Below the pieces are notes generated by a model. The model saw only the letters and a list, made by a program, of their open reading frames with translations, searched no databases and had not been told where the DNA came from. Shown piece after piece: positions 8,364-15,749 of a DNA stretch of 26,196 bases. The DNA is from a virus (Duplodnaviria; Caudoviricetes): the IMG/VR virus record IMGVR_UViG_3300017914_000261, positions 1 to 26,196 of that record. One strand, 5' to 3'. Every line of letters begins with the position of its first letter. The stretch's first letter is position 1. Position numbers and translations under genes: made by a program.

Positions 8364-8717
8364 TTATACAAAATTAACCAGTGCTGGTGCCATCTCAAGC
8401 AAATCAAAGGTTACGGCAAACTCCATATCTGAACTAGCTTCTGTTTGAGCCTTAACTACTTCGTTTTCGTGTAAGACAAACAGAGGCCCACCGCCGTTGC
8501 CTAGGGTTAGCTTATCCCCGCTACTTAGGCTTTCTTCGTCGTAAATGTCTACTCTATTAGATCCACCAGAGTTAGCAAAGTGCAAGGAAGCGTTTTTTGT
8601 ATTGCCTCCGTGGTTAGCAATAAAAATGTAGTAGATAATTGCATGAAAACCGGAAGGGACAGTAAACAGTGTTGTTTCTGTAGCGTCAGTCAGTTCTACG
8701 TGCTTAGTATATAACAT
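8364..8717 (-). CDS. Hypothetical beta-rich protein, possibly virion-associated
   Basis: Start reassigned to ATG 8717 (MLYTKH), coupled to the endolysin stop (TGATG); TLFTVP...IFIAN pattern. Confidence 0.65.
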   Translation of the reverse strand: MLYTKHVELTDATETTLFTVPSGFHAIIYYIFIANHGGNTKNASLHFANSGGSNRVDIYDEESLSSGDKLTLGNGGGPLFVLHENEVVKAQTEASSDMEFAVTFDLLEMAPALVNFV

Positions 8718-9058
8718 CAGTAAACCCACATTACAGGAACAGTGCCCCGTGTATCTACGTGTATAAAGTCACCAGCGACCCCTATGCCAGTAAAACCGTG
8801 CTCTAAAGCCGCTCTTATTAGCGAATACCGATGAGCAGAGTTAGTTATCTTAATGTCTGCTGCTATGCCTTGCGCGTGAGTTCCCGGTATCTCTTTTATA
8901 GCCTCTATCGGATGGCTAGGACTTCTATAGCCGCTGGTAATAACAAAAGGAAAACCACAATATTCTCTGAGAGCATCTAACTTTTCTAGAAACTCAGGCT
9001 CCATACGGTTTTCACCAGTATGCTGGCAATCAAACTCTGATTTATCGAAATGTTTCAT
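8717..9058 (-). CDS. Peptidase M15 family endolysin
   Basis: ITSGYR-x-x-x-H, H-x-x-G-x-AAD and FIHVD zinc-ligand motifs; 113 aa. Confidence 0.88.
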   Translation of the reverse strand: MKHFDKSEFDCQHTGENRMEPEFLEKLDALREYCGFPFVITSGYRSPSHPIEAIKEIPGTHAQGIAADIKITNSAHRYSLIRAALEHGFTGIGVAGDFIHVDTRGTVPVMWVY

Positions 9059-9087
9059 GGATAAGATGTTTTATTTCTTTTTTAAGT

Positions 9088-9492
9088 TCACGGATCCTGA
9101 ACCGCAACCACCGCGTCTTCCATTTCAGTGTCTTCTTCGTCTTGGCTTGTAATTGACGTAGCTCCGACACCAGTGATGTTAATCTGTATTGCGCTTCTTC
9201 CTGCATCTTTAACAATATCCTTTTCAAATGCAGCAACAGGAAGAATACGATCCATTACTAGCTTCCAAGCTGCGGCCTGATTCTTGTGGTCTGGGTCGAG
9301 AGCAGCGTCAAAGATAGAATCCATGACTGCACGAGACCGTGGAGAGTTTAACATCCGAGCCTTGTACTCGTTAATAATAGCTGCATCACCCTTAGGTCGT
9401 CCAACTGCTCCTCTAGAACCTTTCTTTTTACTAGAAACAGAAGACTTCTTAGGGCGACCAACAGGATTACCTGTCTTTTTGTCGTTGTCCAT
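9088..9492 (-). CDS. Probable terminase small subunit
   Basis: First gene of the packaging arm; basic N-terminus with GRPKK/GRPKG, helical core, IQINITG beta tail. Function inferred from position and architecture. Confidence 0.55.
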   Translation of the reverse strand: MDNDKKTGNPVGRPKKSSVSSKKKGSRGAVGRPKGDAAIINEYKARMLNSPRSRAVMDSIFDAALDPDHKNQAAAWKLVMDRILPVAAFEKDIVKDAGRSAIQINITGVGATSITSQDEEDTEMEDAVVAVQDP

Positions 9493-9559
9493 ACTGTATA
9501 GTTCCTACCTAGTTGGGCTTTTTGGTTTATTCTTATACTTGTTGTTTATTATATTTAAT

Positions 9560-9588
9560 ATTATATCATACTTTTTTATAAAAGTCAA
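9560..9588 (-). promoter_or_regulatory. Strong sigma70 promoter of the morphogenesis arm
   Basis: Minus strand TTGACT-TTTATAAAAAAGTATGA(17)-TATAAT with extended -10 TG. Confidence 0.88.
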
Positions 9589-9830
9589 GATAAATCTATG
9601 TAGAGAAGCAATATTTACAGTTTGTGACGCGTCTGTAGGGAAAAATCACCGGATTTACAGTGCAGATTCCCTGTGTATTTACAGAACAGATTAGATTTAT
9701 ATAACTTTTTGATATAAAAAGACAAATACCAACAATTACCATGGCCTAATTTGACTCTTTTTTGTGTCTGAGCAGCACCGCCGCCGCGCACGACGCAGAT
9801 TACCCCTCCCCGGCCCTATGCCGACGCCAG

Positions 9831-9919
9831 AAAACAAACAAACATGATTGTTTTTAAAAGACAGGCCTGATTGTTTTAGCCAGTCAAGATTGTTTAAAAC
9901 AGTCACGCTTGTTTGTTTT
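9831..9919. repeat. Inverted repeat enclosing three GATTGTTT direct repeats (probable genome-end region)
   Basis: AAAACAAACAA (9831-9841) and TTGTTTGTTTT (9909-9919); GATTGTTT at 9846, 9869 and 9888. Confidence 0.6.
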
Positions 9920-10024
9920 GTTGCCTGATCAGATATGACAAATGTGTGTGTCTGTGTGGCACCCTTTATAGCCCAATGGCATAAGCTCTCAGAAGCCCTG
10001 AATGGCTCTCTCAGCGACATTAGC

Positions 10025-10041
10025 CTGACCCTATGCCCTAC
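10025..10041 (+). repeat. CTGACCCTATRCCCTAC element, copy A
   Basis: 16/17 identical to 10897-10913; similarity extends ~20 nt upstream. Confidence 0.8.
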
Positions 10042-10066
10042 TATTCAAAAACCGCTAATCGAATTT

Positions 10067-10086
10067 CACTGTATAGATGTACAGTA
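10067..10086. promoter_or_regulatory. LexA (SOS) box, gamma/betaproteobacterial type
   Basis: CACTGTATAGATGTACAGTA, CTG-N10-CAG, 17/20 match to TACTGTATATATATACAGTA; intergenic, upstream of the first early promoter. Confidence 0.7.
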
Positions 10087-10091
10087 AAAAA

Positions 10092-10107
10092 CTTAAATGC
10101 ATTTAAG
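10092..10107. promoter_or_regulatory. Palindrome CTTAAATGCATTTAAG copy 1
   Basis: Perfect 16-bp palindrome, 8 bp upstream of a -35 element; identical copies at 11029, 12123 and 18592. Confidence 0.85.
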
Positions 10108-10115
10108 AAATTCCG

Positions 10116-10144
10116 TTGACTTCTGATTACCAAAGCCTGACAAT
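10116..10144 (+). promoter_or_regulatory. Early sigma70 promoter P1
   Basis: TTGACT-17-GACAAT upstream of the RBS for 10188. Confidence 0.55.
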
Positions 10145-10187
10145 GTCCTTGTGCTATTTCGCACTGTTGATAAAAGGAAATTTGATT

Positions 10188-10736
10188 ATGTCTAAAGCAG
10201 AAAACATTCAGTCCAACACTTCGGCTCCCTACCTCGCTGGCCGTGCCTTCGGGACATTCCAGACAGAGGCTTCAGTCAGTATCGTTACCCGACTGATGAA
10301 GGACGCGAAGAACATCCACACAAAGGAAGACATGAAGCACTACTGCGACGGTTACAAGGAAACGCTGAAAGGGTCCACAGGATCGAAGGACTCTCAGACT
10401 AGTTACGTGCGATGTATCCTGAAGGTAGCTACGGCGCTGGATCCTAAAATGGCCGAGTATCACAAGGTCAAGACACCGGCTGCCGGTCAGAAGGTAGTGC
10501 AAAAGCACATTGACAAGGGTACGGCGGGGCTTGACTCACTCGCAAAGGCCTTGAGGATTCCCAGTGCTGGCAAGGCTGAGGGAGGCGCAGAACCTGAAGG
10601 TGAGACAGGCACCAATGAGAAGCAAGCCACTATCGAGATATGGTGGGCTGAATGTCTTAAGAAAGGCCACAGCGACAAGTACGGCCTCACCACGGATGAT
10701 ATGCTGGCCCACATCGCTCAGGTACTCGCCAAGTGA
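10188..10736 (+). CDS. First early gene, hypothetical protein (182 aa)
   Basis: Start reassigned to ATG 10188 (MSKAE) after an AAAGGA RBS; the longer ORF start lies in the promoter. No recognisable family. Confidence 0.8.
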   Translation: MSKAENIQSNTSAPYLAGRAFGTFQTEASVSIVTRLMKDAKNIHTKEDMKHYCDGYKETLKGSTGSKDSQTSYVRCILKVATALDPKMAEYHKVKTPAAGQKVVQKHIDKGTAGLDSLAKALRIPSAGKAEGGAEPEGETGTNEKQATIEIWWAECLKKGHSDKYGLTTDDMLAHIAQVLAK

Positions 10737-10807
10737 TCGATCCCACCATAGCATGGCCGCTCATCATCGCCGGGATCATCTTGATCGGATACTACGAATT
10801 TAAGTAA
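10733..10807 (+). CDS. 24-aa hydrophobic membrane micro-peptide
   Basis: Not in ORF track. GTG overlaps the upstream stop (GTGA); MIDPTIAWPLIIAGIILIGYYEFK; ends just before the terminator. Confidence 0.55.
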   Translation: MIDPTIAWPLIIAGIILIGYYEFK

Positions 10808-10815
10808 CCCGCACC

Positions 10816-10853
10816 AGCCCCACAGCCCTGCCTTCATGGTGGGGCTTTTTTTT
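10816..10853 (+). terminator. Intrinsic terminator after the first early unit
   Basis: AGCCCTGCC-TTCAT-GGTGGGGCT (or the alternative AGCCCCAC/GTGGGGCT stem) followed by a T run. Confidence 0.85.
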
Positions 10854-10896
10854 GCCTGTAGGAAGCTCTCTAACGCTCTCTGAGGGACGTTCTAGT

Positions 10897-10913
10897 CTGA
10901 CCCTATACCCTAC
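10897..10913 (+). repeat. CTGACCCTATRCCCTAC element, copy B, inside an imperfect inverted repeat
   Basis: 16/17 identical to 10025-10041; flanked by ~10863-10889 and ~10929-10958, which are imperfectly complementary. Confidence 0.75.
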
Positions 10914-10960
10914 CCTTGACTCTGTTATCGTCGCTCACAGCGCCATTCAGAGCCTCTGGT

Positions 10961-10989
10961 TTGACGTGGCTATTATGCCATGAGATAAT
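10961..10989 (+). promoter_or_regulatory. Early sigma70 promoter P2
   Basis: TTGACG-17-GATAAT with TG one base before the -10. Confidence 0.75.
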
Positions 10990-11028
10990 ATAGGCATGGT
11001 GGAAATATACCTTTCCGTCATATCAAAA

Positions 11029-11044
11029 CTTAAATGCATTTAAG
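11029..11044. promoter_or_regulatory. Palindrome CTTAAATGCATTTAAG copy 2
   Basis: Between P2 and the GAGGAG RBS of 11063. Confidence 0.85.
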
Positions 11045-11062
11045 AAATGCGAGGAGTAAGTT

Positions 11063-11290
11063 ATGCGTACTAGTGCGAAGGACAAAAAGATACTGGCTCA
11101 TTTGTTTTCTGATTTATTAGGGAGCGTAGGGCATAAGATGACGCCAAGTGGGAAAGAAGATTTGGAAGAAATAATCATCTTGCTCTGTATCTACTGTCAT
11201 GTGAAACCAGAGACGGTGACAGGGTATGACTTCCATTACTTTGTAGATAATTGTACCTGTAAAAAGGAGGTGAAGAAGAGCGATGAGTAG
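11063..11290 (+). CDS. Hypothetical early protein
   Basis: 75 aa, GAGGAG RBS, four Cys. Confidence 0.7.
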   Translation: MRTSAKDKKILAHLFSDLLGSVGHKMTPSGKEDLEEIIILLCIYCHVKPETVTGYDFHYFVDNCTCKKEVKKSDE

Positions 11291-11510
11291 ACCTATTCAT
11301 GAGATAGCGCGGGACGTTAATGCTACGTGGTCGAAGGTGTCACCGTATGCACAGCCATACCTTGATGCCATGCAGTACCTGACTAGCATTGACGATGACT
11401 ATTACCTTGACAGTGGTAGGAGTGTGGTGCTTTACTTTCTATCGAACGCTGCCTCGTGGCGTGGTGATGATGCGAGGCGTATCAAGAAGGAGTTAAAGGA
11501 GATGTTATGA
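11283..11510 (+). CDS. Conserved phage hypothetical protein
   Basis: 75 aa; the PYLDAM...VLYFLSNA-x-x-WRG-x-x-ARRIK pattern is familiar from phage early genes; AGGAGG RBS. Confidence 0.75.
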   Translation: MSRPIHEIARDVNATWSKVSPYAQPYLDAMQYLTSIDDDYYLDSGRSVVLYFLSNAASWRGDDARRIKKELKEML

Positions 11511-12121
11511 GTAGACTAACTGATGCTCGTGATGCGGTAGGTGGACTAGCTAACCCGAGCAAGGTTCCGTGTAGATCCACATCAACACCAGCGGAGAACT
11601 GTCACACTGGTTCAAAGCTGATGAAGGTGAAGGGATCTGTGTGCGAGGACTGCTATGCTTGCAAGGGTAACTACGTTTTTCCTAATGTAAAGAAGGCGTT
11701 GAAGCGTAGGCTTGATGCTCTTTCTCATCCTGATTGGGTGGAGAACATGGCGATAGCTATCAACAAAGCGCCGTACTTTAGGTGGCATGACTCTGGTGAT
11801 CTTCAAGGAGTGTGGCATCTAGCTAACATCGTGGAGGTGGCGAAGCTGACACCCGAGACTAAGCACTGGTTGCCTACTCGTGAGGCGAAGTATGTGTCAC
11901 AGTATGGTGGTGATATGCCTGACAACCTGATCGTGCGTGTGTCTGCGGCTATGGTGGACGGCCCTGCACCGAAGAGGTTCGACTTGACTTCCACAGTACA
12001 CCGAGATAGAATCCCTACTGACTCGTTCGTATGCCCCGCACCCAAGCAGGACAACAAGTGTGGTGAGTGTCGAGCGTGTTGGGATAAAGCAGTACCGAAC
12101 GTAAGTTACACACATCATTAA
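11507..12121 (+). CDS. Gp88-family (radical-SAM-like Fe-S) protein
   Basis: C...C-x-x-CYA, FRWHDSGD, HWLPT and CP-x-x-x-Q...C-x-x-C-x-x-CW motifs. Confidence 0.75.
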   Translation: MSRLTDARDAVGGLANPSKVPCRSTSTPAENCHTGSKLMKVKGSVCEDCYACKGNYVFPNVKKALKRRLDALSHPDWVENMAIAINKAPYFRWHDSGDLQGVWHLANIVEVAKLTPETKHWLPTREAKYVSQYGGDMPDNLIVRVSAAMVDGPAPKRFDLTSTVHRDRIPTDSFVCPAPKQDNKCGECRACWDKAVPNVSYTHH

Positions 12122-12122
12122 T

Positions 12123-12138
12123 CTTAAATGCATTTAAG
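12123..12138. promoter_or_regulatory. Palindrome CTTAAATGCATTTAAG copy 3
   Basis: Intergenic; its last bases form part of the AAGGAG RBS of 12149. Confidence 0.85.
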
Positions 12139-12148
12139 GAGAAGTATC

Positions 12149-12544
12149 ATGGGTTGGAGAAGTGAAATTGAAGTATCGTCTGTTATTGACCTTGAAGATT
12201 ACCAAGATGAGATCATGGACTACGTGCAGCCTGACAACATCGAAGACGCACTAGAGTTGATGGATGGGTGGGGCTTCAGTGATGGAGACATCATTGAGCA
12301 TATGCTTGAGGAGCCTGATGCGTTCTTGGCTAGGGTATCTAACGTACTCACGGTCGAGTCTGCATTGAAGCTGGTCAAGGATGTGTACGAGTATGGTCAC
12401 AGTATTCAGGTGCGTAACTTGGAGGCCAAGTCGAACCAGATCAACGAGTTGAAGGAGAAAGTTGACGATCTGTTGGCGATGAACCACACTATCATCAGGG
12501 ATCAAGAACAGGAGAAGAAGGAGGATATGGGACATGAAATCTGA
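12149..12544 (+). CDS. Acidic hypothetical protein with C-terminal coiled coil
   Basis: Start reassigned to ATG 12149 after AAGGAG; 19 D/E versus 1 K/R in the first 57 aa. Confidence 0.75.
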   Translation: MGWRSEIEVSSVIDLEDYQDEIMDYVQPDNIEDALELMDGWGFSDGDIIEHMLEEPDAFLARVSNVLTVESALKLVKDVYEYGHSIQVRNLEAKSNQINELKEKVDDLLAMNHTIIRDQEQEKKEDMGHEI

Positions 12545-12755
12545 TCTGTTAGTTGAACTGCGTAACTTCAGGCAGGACTTGCGTGATCTCAAAGCTGAGA
12601 ACCTGAGGCAGATGCGTAAGTACAAGCGTGAAGGGTTTGAAGGTAGTATTTCTTCCTTCATGCGTGGGATGGCAATGGGTAAGACAGCACCGCTGGCACG
12701 TATTGAGTGGATGATAAGTTTGTTGGAGGCAAGTGATGATATACAGAACGTTTAG
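12534..12755 (+). CDS. Hypothetical protein
   Basis: 73 aa, overlaps its neighbours in operon fashion, GGAGG upstream. Confidence 0.65.
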   Translation: MKSDLLVELRNFRQDLRDLKAENLRQMRKYKREGFEGSISSFMRGMAMGKTAPLARIEWMISLLEASDDIQNV

Positions 12756-12933
12756 CACAGAGCTTGACTGCCCGTGGATGACCATTGATGTGGAAATATC
12801 CTACTCATTCTCTGAGACAGAGGGTGTGGTGGAGTTGGACACAGCGTATGCCTACGGGTATGATATATCTAACTGGCTCAACCAAGACTACATCTTTGAC
12901 CTTATTTACGATGACATGGAGGAGAACAAGTGA
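12733..12933 (+). CDS. Acidic hypothetical protein
   Basis: 66 aa, GGAGG RBS, 15 D/E versus 2 K/R. Confidence 0.65.
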   Translation: MMIYRTFSTELDCPWMTIDVEISYSFSETEGVVELDTAYAYGYDISNWLNQDYIFDLIYDDMEENK

Positions 12934-13283
12934 TTATCCAGTTTGACAACAAGTACCCTGAGTATGCAGCACCGTGTGAACGGCCTGTGATTCAGAAGCT
13001 GGTGGACTACTGCTTGCGTGATGAAGGCAAGGTGTCCATCTGGGATGGGGAGGAACTGTCTGTGCATGGATGTAGTGACAAGCTACACATCCTGAAGAAC
13101 CTAGCACAGACTGAGATGGATCAGCTTGAAGCCTACGACAAGGACGGTAACTGTCGTGGGTGGTTCTCGTTGATCTACAACAACGGGTCAGAAAACGATC
13201 CCATGGTGGTTATATCTGACTTTAACGTGAACGATTGGACAGATAATCTGTACAACAAACTAACTGAGGAGTTTGGAGAATGA
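12930..13283 (+). CDS. Hypothetical protein
   Basis: 117 aa, GGAGGAG RBS, GTGA coupling. Confidence 0.75.
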   Translation: MIIQFDNKYPEYAAPCERPVIQKLVDYCLRDEGKVSIWDGEELSVHGCSDKLHILKNLAQTEMDQLEAYDKDGNCRGWFSLIYNNGSENDPMVVISDFNVNDWTDNLYNKLTEEFGE

Positions 13284-13501
13284 GTTATTACATCAAGCCC
13301 TACATAGAACCTAAAAAAGATCGTGTCACTATGTTTCGTGTGGTCAAACGGTTGGGTGACTTCAGGCCTGAGGATGGTGTGGAGTACATGGTGTTCCGTA
13401 GTAAAAAGGAGATAAAGACTGCTCTCTTTATTGACCTGTACTGTGGTAAGGACGGTAAGTTGGTCAAGCTAAAAGATAGATCGTTGTTGAGGTTCATATG
13501 A
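13280..13501 (+). CDS. Hypothetical protein
   Basis: 73 aa, ATGA coupling at both ends. Confidence 0.7.
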   Translation: MSYYIKPYIEPKKDRVTMFRVVKRLGDFRPEDGVEYMVFRSKKEIKTALFIDLYCGKDGKLVKLKDRSLLRFI

Positions 13502-13695
13502 GACATGGTATGACACAACGGGAGGTTGCTGATGCGCTTGGCATCTCCCGTCAACGTGTGGTTCAGATTGAACACAAGGCGCTATGGAAGTTGAGAAGAT
13601 CGGGGTTGCTGGACAAGTTCATAGACTTGCTCGACGCACCGATTGAGGAATACTACGGTGAATCTTTCACAAACATCAAGGTGCGTAAGGACTAG
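13498..13695 (+). CDS. Stand-alone sigma70 region 4-like HTH protein
   Basis: MTQREVADALGISRQRVVQIEHKALWKLR aligns with RpoD region 4.2 [28 protein letters not shown]. Confidence 0.85.
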   Translation: MRHGMTQREVADALGISRQRVVQIEHKALWKLRRSGLLDKFIDLLDAPIEEYYGESFTNIKVRKD

Positions 13696-13721
13696 CACAA
13701 TATTTCTACCTGTGGTATACT
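13691..13721 (+). promoter_or_regulatory. Putative middle promoter M1 with non-canonical -35
   Basis: ACTAGCACAAT-N10-GTGGTATACT; TAGCAC lies 17 bp from TATACT; twin of 17666-17696. Confidence 0.7.
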
Positions 13722-13790
13722 AATCTATATAGATAACTAAGTATTAATATTATTACTAGTATTAATACTAATACATAGGAACTAAATAGT
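13722..13790. other. AT-rich palindromic intergenic tract, candidate replication origin
   Basis: ATCTATATAGAT (13723-13734), TAGTATTAATACTA (13757-13770) and AGTATTAATA twice; lies after a promoter and before the primase-helicase. Confidence 0.4.
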
Positions 13791-13997
13791 ATGGAGATTG
13801 ACAAAGACACGACCAAGCCATGGTATCTGCGTTTTGATACCGATGATCTGATCGAAGCTGAAGCGTTGATCGACTTTGTTATGTTCCACAAAGTGCAGGG
13901 ATCATCTGATTATTCTACTTATGATAAGTATGTTATGCTCACTGCGTGGGAAAAAATACAGTCTGTTTTATGGGAGAAAGATAATGCTGAAGCGTGA
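13791..13997 (+). CDS. Hypothetical protein
   Basis: 68 aa, AGGA RBS. Confidence 0.6.
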   Translation: MEIDKDTTKPWYLRFDTDDLIEAEALIDFVMFHKVQGSSDYSTYDKYVMLTAWEKIQSVLWEKDNAEA

Positions 13998-14166
13998 ACA
14001 AATGATTGAGGAACTGGTGGAGTATGACTTCACCAACACCACCATGGTTGAAGTGGTGGGTACGTACATCAGACTCAAGCGTGAGTTTCTAGATCAGAGT
14101 CTTTCTGATGAAGAGCTAACACTTGAATACATCAGCGTGTTTGGTGACGGGGAGGTGAAACACTGA
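13984..14166 (+). CDS. Hypothetical protein (60 aa)
   Basis: Start reassigned to ATG 13984 (MLKREQ) after GGAG; stop coupled to the primase ATG. Confidence 0.65.
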   Translation: MLKREQMIEELVEYDFTNTTMVEVVGTYIRLKREFLDQSLSDEELTLEYISVFGDGEVKH

Positions 14167-15749
14167 TGGCATTCGTAAAGCTGCACCAAGAATGTGAAGA
14201 CTGTGGTTCTAGTGATGCGTTGTCGTACAACGAGGATGGATCCAGCTATTGCTTTGCCTGTGCCAAGTTCACCCCATCACAGGACACAGGAGGCTCTGTG
14301 AGCAACATAAAGGAACGAGTAGTACCCGGACAAGGGTTCGACAAAGCGGCCTTCTCAGAGCCATACAAGGGCTATCAGGACAGGGGTCTGACTGCTACTA
14401 CGATGGCGGCGTACTCCGCACAGCAGAAGGCAGGTAACATTCTGTTTGGTTATCATGATCCTGTTGGTGAGCTAGTGGCTGTGAAGACTAGGTATCCTGA
14501 CAAGCAGTTCAAGATCGGTGGGGATTGGAAGAAGGCTGGTCTGTATGGTCAGCACCTCTTCCCATCGGGTGGTCAATACATAACCGTAGTGGAGGGAGAG
14601 TTTGATGCACTGGCATCCTATCAAATGTTTGGTGGTAAGTACCCTGTTGTGTCTATTCGTAATGGTGCCCAAGGTGCTGCTGCTGACTGTCGCCGCGCCT
14701 ACGACTTTCTCGACCAGTACGATAATATTATCTTTTGCTTTGACAATGACGATCATGGCAGGTCTGCTGCTCTAGAGTGTGCTGACATCTTTGGTGGTAA
14801 GGCACGTATCTTCCATCATGGTGAACACAAGGACGCGTGTGACTACTTACTGAACGCAGACAAGGAAGACTTCATCAAGCGGTGGTGGGCGGCGAAGACC
14901 TACACACCTGATGGCATGGTGATGCTGGGTTCTCTGCGTGAGACGCTGAAGAAACCATTGGAGGAGGCAGAGGTACGCTACCCGTACAAGGGTCTGGATG
15001 ACATGACGTTTGGTGTACGTCCGACTGAGCTAGTCACTATCTGTGCTGGCTCTGGTCTGGGTAAGTCTACGTTCATGCGTGAGCTAGTGTTCTCCATTCT
15101 TGGGCAGACCAACGACAGGGTAGGGCTGGCGTTCCTTGAAGAGACACCTGACCGTACTGCCCGTGGTCTAGTAGGACTACAGATCAACAAGCCCATCCAT
15201 CTTCCGGGTTGTGACTACTCACCATCAGAGGTTGACCAAGTGTTCGACAGCTTGAACCTTGACGACCGTGTAGTGCTGTGGGATACTTTTGGTTCTAACA
15301 AGATAGAGAACGTACTGGCACGATTCCGTTACCAGATCAAGGTACTGGGTGTGCAGTACATCGTGCTTGATCACATATCCATACTGGTGTCGGATCAGGA
15401 CAACGGCGATGAACGCAAAGCGATCGACGAGATCATGACCAAGCTACGTATGTTCTGTCAGGAGATGCGTGTGTGTATGTTTGTTGTGTCACACCTGAAG
15501 CGTCCTGATGGTAAGGGTCACGAGGACGGTGCATACACCAGCCTTGGTCAGCTACGTGGTTCAGCAGCGATAGCACAACTGAGCGACATCGTGCTAGGGT
15601 TGGAGCGTAACGCACAGGCAGAGGATCCAATGGTGCGTAACACCACTAACGTGCGTGTGTTGAAGAACAGGTTCAGTGGTATGACGGGACCAGCCACATC
15701 ACTGATGTACAACAAGGACACTGGTAGACTCACTGAGGTATTTGAATGA
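14166..15749 (+). CDS. DNA primase-helicase (T7 gp4-like)
   Basis: N-terminal Zn finger C-x-x-C...C-x-x-C, TOPRIM EGEFDA and FDND, Walker A GSGLGKS, LDHIS, LRGS and LKNRFSG-x-TG. Confidence 0.96.
   Translation: MAFVKLHQECEDCGSSDALSYNEDGSSYCFACAKFTPSQDTGGSVSNIKERVVPGQGFDKAAFSEPYKGYQDRGLTATTMAAYSAQQKAGNILFGYHDPVGELVAVKTRYPDKQFKIGGDWKKAGLYGQHLFPSGGQYITVVEGEFDALASYQMFGGKYPVVSIRNGAQGAAADCRRAYDFLDQYDNIIFCFDNDDHGRSAALECADIFGGKARIFHHGEHKDACDYLLNADKEDFIKRWWAAKTYTPDGMVMLGSLRETLKKPLEEAEVRYPYKGLDDMTFGVRPTELVTICAGSGLGKSTFMRELVFSILGQTNDRVGLAFLEETPDRTARGLVGLQINKPIHLPGCDYSPSEVDQVFDSLNLDDRVVLWDTFGSNKIENVLARFRYQIKVLGVQYIVLDHISILVSDQDNGDERKAIDEIMTKLRMFCQEMRVCMFVVSHLKRPDGKGHEDGAYTSLGQLRGSAAIAQLSDIVLGLERNAQAEDPMVRNTTNVRVLKNRFSGMTGPATSLMYNKDTGRLTEVFE

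Noticed and set aside
9042-9236. 64-aa basic ORF overlapping TerS end
   Set aside because: Mostly overlaps TerS, with no convincing RBS at the listed start. A shorter version cannot be excluded but is unsupported.
9671-9684. CTGTGTATTTACAG as a second LexA box
   Set aside because: Spacing is CTG-N8-CAG, not N10.
9284-10020. ORFs 9284-9694 (+) and 9736-10020 (-)
   Set aside because: Antisense to TerS or spanning promoter/repeat DNA, with atypical composition; treated as non-coding.
13706-13891. Hydrophobic 61-aa minus-strand ORF as a holin
   Set aside because: Hydrophobicity comes from the AT-rich tract; antisense to the operon and no RBS.
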